Part shown: positions 7,548 through 16,304 of the stretch, in pieces
Layout: every line of letters starts with the position of its first letter
Position numbering within the stretch: position 1 is the stretch's first letter
NCBI RefSeq assembly: GCF_003072485.1
Contig: NZ_CP025989.1
Coordinates: 450,001 to 482,000 of the forward strand
Length of the DNA: 32,000 nucleotides
Direction of reading: 5' to 3'
Source of the DNA: Candidatus Fokinia solitaria
GTDB lineage: Bacteria; Pseudomonadota; Alphaproteobacteria; Rickettsiales; Midichloriaceae
Program-made: the position numbers and the translations under genes
The notes under the pieces: model-generated
Database searches by the model: none
The model's input: the letters and a program-made list of their open reading frames with translations, nothing else
What the model was told of the DNA's origin: nothing

Positions 7548-8815
7548 ATCATAAACACGATAGTATACTTGTCGCGGATGACGACTACGATATAAGAGAA
7601 CTGATAAGCGGTATCTTGGAAAGTGCTGGTTATAAAGTGTTAAAGTGCGCAACAAGTGTTGAAGCTCTTGAGATAGTAGAAAGCGGCACAGTAAAGCTTG
7701 CATTGCTAGATATATGGATGGAATCTGATGAAGAAGACGGTATTGTAGCACTGAAACGGATAAAGAAAATGGTGCCTCTTGTGCCAGTAATTATGATAAG
7801 TGGACATGCCTCTCCTGAGATCTCTGCATTAGCAATGAAATTTGGCGCATACGATTTTTTAGAAAAACCATTTCGCCGAGAGAAACTATTACTAACTGTA
7901 CGAAGAGCACTCGAAAGTTCAGAATTGACAAAAGCAAATATACTTCTGAAGAAGAGAGAAGCGGAAAACTCTTTTATAGGTAATAGTAAAGAAATCGTCA
8001 AAATAAAAAAACTGATAAATAAGCACGCAAATTCTGACGGAAGATTCATGATTACCGGTGCTATCGGTACGGGAAAGACATTAGTCTCTCAGTTAATACA
8101 CATACTATCGGATTGCGAATTGCATAAGTTATATCATTTGAAAATATTAAAATCTGAAAGTAATACGGAAAAAGCTCTTTATGAGACGTGGCAAAAAGCC
8201 GTTGGTGGCACTTTAATCATAGAAGAGATAGATAAAATGCCGCTAGAATATCAGAAAAAGATACTGAACATTATCAACGCTCAATATGCTAGAGATGCCG
8301 CTATTGAAATGCAGGGTGATATTAAATTGATAGGTAACTCTAGAAGTACAGAGGAAGAATGTCGCAATAATATGCTTCCTGATCTATACGCAAGGCTTGC
8401 TACGTTTACCATTCACATACCGCCACTTTCGGCAAGAAAAGGAGACATCCCTTCACTCATAGAATATTTTTGGCACTATTTTTCCGATCAGTATAATGCT
8501 AATTTTGACTTCTCTCAATACAAAGGACTGCTATTGGAAATGCAAGATCGTAACTGGCGGTGTAATATTAGAGAATTGCGTCATAAAATAGAGGAGATAA
8601 TAATCGCACTATCCTCAAACAGTACATTAAAAATGCCGGAGGATACATTCTTATCAGTGATTCTAAAGCAAAACTATAAAGAGGCTAAGAAAAATTTCGA
8701 AAAGCTCTACTTTCAACATCATCTCAATATACATCCAAATAGCTTATCAAAAGTAGCAGAATGCACAAAGGTAGACAGAGTGACGCTATACAGAAAATTA
8801 AAGGAATTTATGTAG
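7544..8815 (+). CDS. NtrX-like response regulator with degenerate AAA+ domain and Fis-type HTH
   Basis: Receiver domain ILVADDDYDIRELISGILESAGY...LLDIWM...VIMISGHA...AYDFLEKPF; Walker A TGAIGTGKT; GGTLIIEEIDKMPLEYQKKIL; C-terminal LSKVAECTKVDRVTLYRKLKEF. ATGA overlap with grpE. Confidence 0.88.
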   Translation: MNHKHDSILVADDDYDIRELISGILESAGYKVLKCATSVEALEIVESGTVKLALLDIWMESDEEDGIVALKRIKKMVPLVPVIMISGHASPEISALAMKFGAYDFLEKPFRREKLLLTVRRALESSELTKANILLKKREAENSFIGNSKEIVKIKKLINKHANSDGRFMITGAIGTGKTLVSQLIHILSDCELHKLYHLKILKSESNTEKALYETWQKAVGGTLIIEEIDKMPLEYQKKILNIINAQYARDAAIEMQGDIKLIGNSRSTEEECRNNMLPDLYARLATFTIHIPPLSARKGDIPSLIEYFWHYFSDQYNANFDFSQYKGLLLEMQDRNWRCNIRELRHKIEEIIIALSSNSTLKMPEDTFLSVILKQNYKEAKKNFEKLYFQHHLNIHPNSLSKVAECTKVDRVTLYRKLKEFM

Positions 8816-8854
8816 CTATCTCTTCTCTTCGAAAGTAGAAACACTTCGAATTAC

Positions 8855-10159
8855 TTATATAATATCGAGTAGCTTACCCTCTAATGAAGAAACATTACCT
8901 ACAACAGAAAGTGCATATCCAGTACTTATGCTATTCACTAAGGTGCTTATTTCTGCTTTTATCTCATCCACAGAAATATCCTTCACCTTTGCTATTACCT
9001 CTTCTATTTCTATAATACCTTGAAACATAGCATACTCCGTTACCATGTGTGCAGCTCTCGCGGAAGAACTTTCTGACGATATGATAATAGAAGATAGTAT
9101 TCTATTTTTCCCCTTCTCTATTTCTTCTTTCGTTACATCTTCCATCATCTTTTTCATTTCAAACACAGATTGCTCTATAAGCCGCTTTGTATTTTCAGGA
9201 CTTGTTACACTATTGATCGTGAGATAGCCATATCGTGCGTAAGAATGTATCGATGAGTATACCGCATAAGCTAAGCCTAGCCTTTCTCTAATACTATGAA
9301 ACAATCTAGAGGACATCCCTCCTCCGAGGATGATATTAGCGATCTTTTGAGTGTAATAGTTATCACACGAATATGATACCGCAGGTAGTGCTAAGCCAAC
9401 ATGCACCTGCTCCACATCTTTCACAATAGACGATGTTCCACCATGAAACTGTGGCGCAACATATAACTCAGGTGATGAAATGGCATTTTTCTTAATAGAG
9501 TGCAGCTGCTCCGTACTACATGAAGTGTTATCGCAAAAGAGTTTACTGACATTTTCTATTGCTTTTTTCTCATCGAAGTTACCGGATATACCTATAATCA
9601 TTTGAGAACTGATGTAATGCTGCTTGTAGAAAGAAAGCATCGCTTCTCTGTCTATACCATCGACAGATTCTATTGTACCTCCGACTTTCATTCCTGCGCT
9701 TGTGCCTTTATAGCATATAGCTTCTAACTCTTCAGCTACTATGCTGCTAGGATCATCAGCATACTCTTTTAATTCTTCTTTAATGACATTTCTTTCTCTT
9801 TCCATCTCTTCGTTACTAAAAAGAGAATCTCTACACATATCTGCAAATACTTCCATTAGCGTGTAAAAATGCTCTTTTAATACTTTACCGTGATATACCG
9901 TCACTTCACGCGATGTATATGCATTGATCGAAGCGCCTATTCTTTCACAAGCTTCTGCTATTTCTTTTGCATTTCTTTTTGTCGTACCTTTAAAAAGCAT
10001 ATGTTCAACAAAGTGCGATATCCCGGAAATTTCTGTAGACTCACTATTTGAACCAACTTTAAACAGTATATAGAAAGCAACGCTATGCACATCAGTATGT
10101 ACATCGGTCAATAAAGCCGCACCATTTGCAAATTTCGAAATCTTCTTATTTTGTAACAT
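8855..10159 (-). CDS. M16 family zinc metallopeptidase (processing-peptidase-like)
   Basis: Inverted zinc motif HFVEH in GISHFVEHMLFKGTTKRNAKEIAEACERIGASINAYTSREVTVYHGKVLKEH, plus ERNVIKEELKEY. Confidence 0.93.
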   Translation of the reverse strand: MLQNKKISKFANGAALLTDVHTDVHSVAFYILFKVGSNSESTEISGISHFVEHMLFKGTTKRNAKEIAEACERIGASINAYTSREVTVYHGKVLKEHFYTLMEVFADMCRDSLFSNEEMERERNVIKEELKEYADDPSSIVAEELEAICYKGTSAGMKVGGTIESVDGIDREAMLSFYKQHYISSQMIIGISGNFDEKKAIENVSKLFCDNTSCSTEQLHSIKKNAISSPELYVAPQFHGGTSSIVKDVEQVHVGLALPAVSYSCDNYYTQKIANIILGGGMSSRLFHSIRERLGLAYAVYSSIHSYARYGYLTINSVTSPENTKRLIEQSVFEMKKMMEDVTKEEIEKGKNRILSSIIISSESSSARAAHMVTEYAMFQGIIEIEEVIAKVKDISVDEIKAEISTLVNSISTGYALSVVGNVSSLEGKLLDII

Positions 10160-10364
10160 ATATAGCTATGTTTTGATCAATATTATCAGTTGTACATTTT
10201 ACTAGTATCGGAAACAACAACTTTTTTTAGAGTAGTATAAAACTTATAAGTATGACAAAATCTCAAATCTGAACAGGATATTCTCTCACATTAAAGAAAA
10301 AACAATTTAAGAGAACTGTAAGGATCATCAAACAATTATTGCTTACCAAGCTCAAGGAAAACTT

Positions 10365-10388
10365 GTATAACATACAGCAATGTTATAC
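10365..10388. other. Perfect 9-bp inverted repeat (candidate hairpin) in the leader region of tmk
   Basis: gtataacat-acagca-atgttatac: perfect 9-bp arms with a 6-nt loop, within a roughly 306-bp intergenic region. Confidence 0.5.
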
Positions 10389-10465
10389 GTTATAGCCTAC
10401 GGCATCTATATAGGGATGCATATTCAGAAATACGTTATGGAGAGATATCAGTATTTATATCGTGC

Positions 10466-11122
10466 ATGAGTTACTTTATTACTATCGAAGGAGGAGAAGC
10501 AGTAGGAAAATCTACGCAATTACAACTACTTTCCGAAAAGTTAAAAGAACGTAATTTCAGCACATACAACACAAAAGAACCGGGAGGAACGAAGATTGGA
10601 GAAGCAATCAGAAGAGTCATGTTGAGTGAAATGGTATCAGATCCAATCACTGAAATGTTCTTACTGAGTGCATCAAGAAGAGAGAATGTAAAAGTAATAC
10701 GAGAGCATCTAAAAAATGAAAAGGTAGTACTATGTGATCGCTATATCGATTCTTCCGTCGCTTATCAGATTACCGTCAAGGATGGAGATTCAGATATTAT
10801 CTCAAAGATGATAGAGTACTCTACGGAAAATCTGATACCGGATTTGACAATAATATTAGATCTAGAACCTAAAGTTGCTATGGAGAGAATTGCATTAAGT
10901 ACATCTCATAATAGCGTATACGATATGCAAACTTACGAATTTCACTCAAAGGTCAGAGCTGCATTCTTAAAAATATATGAAGAGAATAAGGGTAAAAGAA
11001 ATATCGTACTACTGAATAGCGCTGAAGATATTAATATAGTAAGCGATACTATATTGAATGAAGTGTTGAATTTAATAAAACGTAACACAGAAAGTATAGA
11101 AAAATTACTCATAAACAAATAA
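10466..11122 (+). CDS. tmk: Thymidylate kinase
   Basis: FITIEGGEAVGKSTQLQLLSEKL (P-loop), TKEPGGTKIGEAIRRVML, VVLCDRYIDSSVAYQ, DLEPKVAMERI. Confidence 0.94.
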   Translation: MSYFITIEGGEAVGKSTQLQLLSEKLKERNFSTYNTKEPGGTKIGEAIRRVMLSEMVSDPITEMFLLSASRRENVKVIREHLKNEKVVLCDRYIDSSVAYQITVKDGDSDIISKMIEYSTENLIPDLTIILDLEPKVAMERIALSTSHNSVYDMQTYEFHSKVRAAFLKIYEENKGKRNIVLLNSAEDINIVSDTILNEVLNLIKRNTESIEKLLINK

Positions 11123-11306
11123 GAAAAATAATACTAAACGCTTTAGTATACTCTCTTATTATTGGAAAAGGATATGTGAAAAAGCAGCAATATTCTTATG
11201 TTTCTCACAAAGAACAAAGGAGTACTCACATCTTTTCTTAGAGTATCTGAGTGAGATAACTTCTCGCTTCATACTCTCATATAAAAATCACTCACAAAAG
11301 AACGTC

Positions 11307-11341
11307 AAAAGCTTAATGAAATTGAATTTTTAAGCTTTTTT
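11307..11341. terminator. Candidate rho-independent terminator between convergent tmk and typA
   Basis: aaaagcttaa / ttaagctttt perfect 10-bp arms with a 13-nt loop, then a T-run. The stem is AT-rich, so predicted stability is modest. Confidence 0.4.
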
Positions 11342-11457
11342 ACATTTCTTCCTCAATATGAAGTAATGCGAGAAAAAATTACAGCAAAGACAAAGTTGCA
11401 AAACAATAGCTACTCTTTTCCTTTCTATCACTGGCAGTTTTCACTACTGCCTCATGT

Positions 11458-13242
11458 CTATTTTCTCTTTCTCTTACTCGCTATAAGTTCTTTTTTTCTA
11501 ATTCTTATGTTAGCAGGTGTAATTTCTAATAACTCATCATCTTGTATATAAGAAAGATATTCCTCTAAATTCATCCTTCTCGCAGGAGTTAATCTTATAT
11601 TTTCATCGCTACCTGCTGCGCGTACATTGCTCAGTTGCTTACCTTTTATAGGATTGACATCGAGATCGCCTTCTCTATTACATTCACCTATAATCATCCC
11701 CTCATACACCTTATCTTTTGCACCTATGAACAGACTGCCTCTTTCTTCTAAATTGCATAATGCGAATGCGACTGCTTCTCCACTTGCCATTGATATTAAT
11801 GCACCATTTCTACGTCCTGGCACTTTACCTCTGAATCTCTCATATCCGAAGAAACAATGATTCATGATGCCGGTGCCTCTAGTATCATTTCTAAATTCGC
11901 TTTGATAGCCTATTAATCCTCTTGTAGGCACTTTCAATATTAATCTCGTTTTGCCATAACCTGCCGCTTTCATCTCCAACACTTCACCTTTTCTAAGAGA
12001 AAGCTTCTCTATTACTACTCCTGTATATTCATCTTCTACATCTATCACAACTTCTTCTACAGGTTCTAATTTGCCATCTTCATCTTGCTGCATAACTACT
12101 TCCGGCCTTGATACCGATACCTCAAAACCCTCACGGCGCATATTCTCCAAAATGATACTTAATTGCAACTCTCCGCGACAATACAGTATAAATTTATCAC
12201 CTCCATCATTTACCAATTTAATCGCTACATTCGTTTCAGCTTCTCTTTCCAATCTTTCCAATATCATGCGAGAAGTTAATTTACTTCCTTCTGTACCTGC
12301 AAGAGGCGAGTCATTTACCGATATTGTCACCGACATAGTAGGTGGATCGACAGGTATCGAAGCAATTGGAATCATGTTATTAATGCTACATATTGTATCT
12401 GAAATAGTTGTTTTTTGCACACCAGCAATGCATACGATATCTCCTGCAGCTACTGATTCTACAGACACTTTATTTAAACCATGAAATTCAAACAGCTTTT
12501 GCAACTTAATATTCTCCACTACTTCTCCACTCAAATTTATGCTTTTTAGCGTAGCACCGACTGAAGCTACTCCAGAATATACTTTTCCTATAATCAATTT
12601 ACCAAGATACTTATCTGAGGATAGTATAACGGATGACATGGTAAATTCTTTTGTAGATTCATCTACAACAGGATGAGGCACATAATCCCTCATTACATTA
12701 AAAAGATCATCAAAATTTTGCGTTTTTATATTCACATCTAAAGTAGCCCAGCCATCTCTTCCTACAGCATATAATATTGGAAAGTTAAGTTGTTCATCAG
12801 TGGCATCTAATGCCATGAATAACTCCACTATTTCATCTAATACACCATCTATTCTTCTATCTTGTCTATCAATTTTATTTACGACGACAATAGGTTTGAG
12901 GCCTACTTTTAACGCTTTCGACAGTACGAATTTCGTTTGTGGCATTGCCCCTTCGGAAGAATCGACTAATAAGATAACGCCCTCTACTACTGATAACACG
13001 CGCTCTACTTCACCGCCAAAATCAGCATGCCCCGGAGTATCTATTAAATTGTACTTTATTCCATTGAAGACAAGAGAGGTACACTTAGAAAGTATCGTAA
13101 TACCTCTCTCTTTCTCTAGATCATTATGATCAACTACCACACTATCCATACCACTTTGTACAAGCAATCCACTTACTAAAGTAGTTTTACCATGATCTAC
13201 GTGTGCTATCACGGCTACATTTCGAATATCTTTATAATTCAT
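11458..13242 (-). CDS. typA: Translational GTPase TypA/BipA
   Basis: NVAVIAHVDHGKTTLV, EKERGITILSK, DTPGHADFGGEVERVL, VVNKIDR, TPSRGLIGYQSEFRNDTRGTGIMN-like stretch (VPTRGLIGYQSEFRNDTRGTGIMNHCF). Confidence 0.97.
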   Translation of the reverse strand: MNYKDIRNVAVIAHVDHGKTTLVSGLLVQSGMDSVVVDHNDLEKERGITILSKCTSLVFNGIKYNLIDTPGHADFGGEVERVLSVVEGVILLVDSSEGAMPQTKFVLSKALKVGLKPIVVVNKIDRQDRRIDGVLDEIVELFMALDATDEQLNFPILYAVGRDGWATLDVNIKTQNFDDLFNVMRDYVPHPVVDESTKEFTMSSVILSSDKYLGKLIIGKVYSGVASVGATLKSINLSGEVVENIKLQKLFEFHGLNKVSVESVAAGDIVCIAGVQKTTISDTICSINNMIPIASIPVDPPTMSVTISVNDSPLAGTEGSKLTSRMILERLEREAETNVAIKLVNDGGDKFILYCRGELQLSIILENMRREGFEVSVSRPEVVMQQDEDGKLEPVEEVVIDVEDEYTGVVIEKLSLRKGEVLEMKAAGYGKTRLILKVPTRGLIGYQSEFRNDTRGTGIMNHCFFGYERFRGKVPGRRNGALISMASGEAVAFALCNLEERGSLFIGAKDKVYEGMIIGECNREGDLDVNPIKGKQLSNVRAAGSDENIRLTPARRMNLEEYLSYIQDDELLEITPANIRIRKKELIASKRKRK

Positions 13243-13291
13243 TTCGTCACAAAAACAGTTTTTAAATCTACAAATGTCAAATTTTAACTAA

Positions 13292-14065
13292 CTAAAAAAT
13301 CTCATCATTTAACTCTATGGAATACACATTTTTCATGTACTCGCCTACACTACTGTTAGCTTTTATAAGAGTCATAACATAATCTGCTAATTTCTTATCT
13401 TTTGCAAACATATAAATTGAATACGAAAGCACCTTTTTATCAAATGGATTATTCACAAGCGTACCTCCGTTTAGTAGCCGATGATCATTAGAATCATTTT
13501 CTATTACACTAAGTGCGCAAGTTCTGAAGCTTTTCTGAAGCTCTCTAAACGGCATATTAAGCATAATCAAAGCGACTTCACCATTCTTCTTACATACCTT
13601 TTCCAAAGCGCTATAAGCATCTACTTCACTTCCTGTATTATACTGAATGTTTGACAGATCTAAACGCTCAAACACTTCTTCAGAATTATATAAAATGTTA
13701 GCATTTTTTAAACTACTAATATCAAACGCTGCGCCATCATCATATTTCACAATGAGTAGCTTCTCCACATATAATAAATTTTTACTTGTATACGTCACTG
13801 TACCGCTACTTTCAGTGCCTATAAAAAACGTGCAATCGTCCCGCTTCTTCAGATCTGTACTGGATTTTAAACGCACTACATTATAATCATTAGACGTCTT
13901 ATCTTTGCCGATAGCATTTTTTTTTGCACTCAGCTTTATGAGATCCGCTAACTTTATACTTGCGTCTGCATTATCTACTACACATATATTAACGGCTGCA
14001 GAACATGTTACGCAGGAATACAATGTGAAAAGTATCGCAAATTTCAAAATCTTTCCAGCAAACAT
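13292..14065 (-). CDS. Hypothetical secreted/periplasmic protein
   Basis: 257-aa ORF with N-terminal signal-peptide-like sequence (KILKFAILFTLYSCVTCSAA); no family recognised with confidence. Confidence 0.6.
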   Translation of the reverse strand: MFAGKILKFAILFTLYSCVTCSAAVNICVVDNADASIKLADLIKLSAKKNAIGKDKTSNDYNVVRLKSSTDLKKRDDCTFFIGTESSGTVTYTSKNLLYVEKLLIVKYDDGAAFDISSLKNANILYNSEEVFERLDLSNIQYNTGSEVDAYSALEKVCKKNGEVALIMLNMPFRELQKSFRTCALSVIENDSNDHRLLNGGTLVNNPFDKKVLSYSIYMFAKDKKLADYVMTLIKANSSVGEYMKNVYSIELNDEIF

Positions 14066-14149
14066 CTAACCGTAGACTCTAATTCGACCAGCATCTATAC
14101 TGTATACTACATATTTAAGCTTTTAATAACAACACATATAACAAATGAA

Positions 14150-15625
14150 ATGATCTTAAGACTCACTAATTCGTATAGCGGTAAATTAGAATCTTTCGTA
14201 CCTTTCGATCCTGCTAACATTAGTATGTATGTTTGTGGCCCTACGGTATATGATACTCCTCATATAGGAAATCTTAGATCTGCAGTAATATACGATCTGC
14301 TTTTGAGAGTGTTGCTTTCTCTATATCCTAACGTCACTTATGTGAGAAATGTCACAGATATAGATGACAAAATCATATTAAAAGCAATTGCGCTCAATAC
14401 TTCAGCATCTGACTTAGCGTTAGAAATGGAAAAGAAGTATAAGTATGACTTAAAGAGGTTACACTGCTTAGATCCTCATTACGAACCTCATGCTACCGCG
14501 CATTTATCTGATATGTTCGATGTAATACACATACTTTTAGATAAGAAATACGCTTACCAAAATGAAGATGGTATTTTCTTCAATGTAAATTCTTATGAGA
14601 AATATGGTGCTTTATCTCATAGAAAGATCGACGCAATGGTGCAAGGCATCAGAAATCAATTCACAACACAAAAAAAAGATATTGCAGATTTTGCATTGTG
14701 GAAAAGTGAAAAGCACGGAGAGGAAAAGTATTCGTTCGATAGTCCTTGGGGAAGAGGTAGGCCAGGATGGCATACAGAATGCGTAGCAATGAGTAGAAAG
14801 TATCTTGGTAATTCATTTGATATACATGGTGGTGGCGCCGATCTGCTATTTCCACATCACGAAAATGAATTAGCACAGGCAAAATGTATCAATTATGATG
14901 CGCAATACGCTAGATATTGGCTGCATAACGGATTTATTACGGTAAAAGATGAGAAAATGAGTAAAAGCCTTGGGAATATAGTATCGCTGGATGATGTAGA
15001 ATTACCGATAATATTCGGCAATGTAATGAGGTTTTTCTATTTATCAGTAAACTATAGAAAGCCGCTAGATTATAATGCTATAGCTATTAAAAATGCATTT
15101 AGAAACGTGTACAAAATCTCGATAGTGGTAGATTCGTTACTAAACAATCAAATTATACAAAAATACTTTCAAAATCGCAGTTATAGCCTTGAAGATGTCA
15201 CTTTTAAGAAATGGCAGGAAGAATATAATATCTCACAAAAATGTACGGAAGTGCTAAAAGCATTATGCGATGATATGAATTCACCACTTGCTATATCTTA
15301 CATACAACGAGAAAGCACGTTACTACATCAGAAGGCGCGTGCATCATCGTTGCATGCTGAAGAATGTATCACTTTTCTATCATCATTACTTCTATTTGGC
15401 TTCAGTATTAAAGAGTTTGTGGAAATCAAAGCATTTGTAGAGAAAATTGAAGATACCGCACATATAAGCCGTGAGAAACTGATACAACTTGCACAAGAAA
15501 GGCAAGCTTTCAGAAATGATAAGCTATGGGCGCAAGGAGATCAGATAAAGACTCAAATAGAGGAAAATGGATATTCAATATCAGACCATGAAGATGGAAG
15601 TTTTACACTTCACAAAAAACTGTGA
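14150..15625 (+). CDS. cysS: Cysteine--tRNA ligase
   Basis: MYVCGPTVYDTPHIGNLRSAVIYD, GRPGWHTECVAMSRKYLGNSFDIHGGGADLLFPHHENELAQ, KMSKSLGNIV. Confidence 0.98.
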   Translation: MILRLTNSYSGKLESFVPFDPANISMYVCGPTVYDTPHIGNLRSAVIYDLLLRVLLSLYPNVTYVRNVTDIDDKIILKAIALNTSASDLALEMEKKYKYDLKRLHCLDPHYEPHATAHLSDMFDVIHILLDKKYAYQNEDGIFFNVNSYEKYGALSHRKIDAMVQGIRNQFTTQKKDIADFALWKSEKHGEEKYSFDSPWGRGRPGWHTECVAMSRKYLGNSFDIHGGGADLLFPHHENELAQAKCINYDAQYARYWLHNGFITVKDEKMSKSLGNIVSLDDVELPIIFGNVMRFFYLSVNYRKPLDYNAIAIKNAFRNVYKISIVVDSLLNNQIIQKYFQNRSYSLEDVTFKKWQEEYNISQKCTEVLKALCDDMNSPLAISYIQRESTLLHQKARASSLHAEECITFLSSLLLFGFSIKEFVEIKAFVEKIEDTAHISREKLIQLAQERQAFRNDKLWAQGDQIKTQIEENGYSISDHEDGSFTLHKKL

Positions 15626-15666
15626 TACAACCATCCTCTAAAGCGAAAAACGATATCCATCTGTTG

Positions 15667-16176
15667 CTACTTCGGCACGCCTCCTATTTCTTTTCCTAAA
15701 AGAGATGTTATACTGTTTAGCGATAAACTCCCTTCGTAGTGAAGTACATTATCTTTATCAAGCACCATAAGATAAGGCACAGAACCAGAGTATGTCGGAG
15801 TAAACTGATAAACAAACTTCGCTATGCTATCCTCATTGTCAAAAATAAAGAATTTCATGTTTTTTCCTTTCTTAACTTTTAAAGATTTAAGGAAATTTTC
15901 GGCATACTCGAGATTTTCATCAAGCGATATAAAATAGAACGCTTCCTTAGTTCTACTTACTAAGTCAGCGACTGCTGGTAATCTATCTTTGCAATGTCCA
16001 CACCATGAAGTGAAAAATACGACAAACTTCTTCTTATCGACTTTAAATTCTTCACGCACATCATCAAACTTCACCACCTGTAGAATACTCTGCTCAGCGA
16101 AAGCCATGGCATTACAACATAAAATGCCAATGCACAGCAACATGCATGTAAAAATACGCTTCATTGTCTTATACAT
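15667..16176 (-). CDS. Secreted thioredoxin-fold protein
   Basis: Signal peptide; active-site-like FVVFFTSWCGHCKDRLPAVADLV; cis-Pro-like region SVPYLMVLDKDN. Confidence 0.8.
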   Translation of the reverse strand: MYKTMKRIFTCMLLCIGILCCNAMAFAEQSILQVVKFDDVREEFKVDKKKFVVFFTSWCGHCKDRLPAVADLVSRTKEAFYFISLDENLEYAENFLKSLKVKKGKNMKFFIFDNEDSIAKFVYQFTPTYSGSVPYLMVLDKDNVLHYEGSLSLNSITSLLGKEIGGVPK

Positions 16177-16304
16177 TAATCGTTCAGTATACCATCGTAC
16201 ACTATATTATTAATAGTATCTATAACGCATATAATCAATATGTAAACATACATTTGAATATTCATCAACTACTAAGGCTATTTACCTACTTCTTACCATC
16301 ACCG

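Noticed and set aside
11627-13129. Opposite-strand ORFs within typA (11627, 12071, 12800)
   Set aside because: Antisense to a highly conserved GTPase; composition reflects the complement of that gene.
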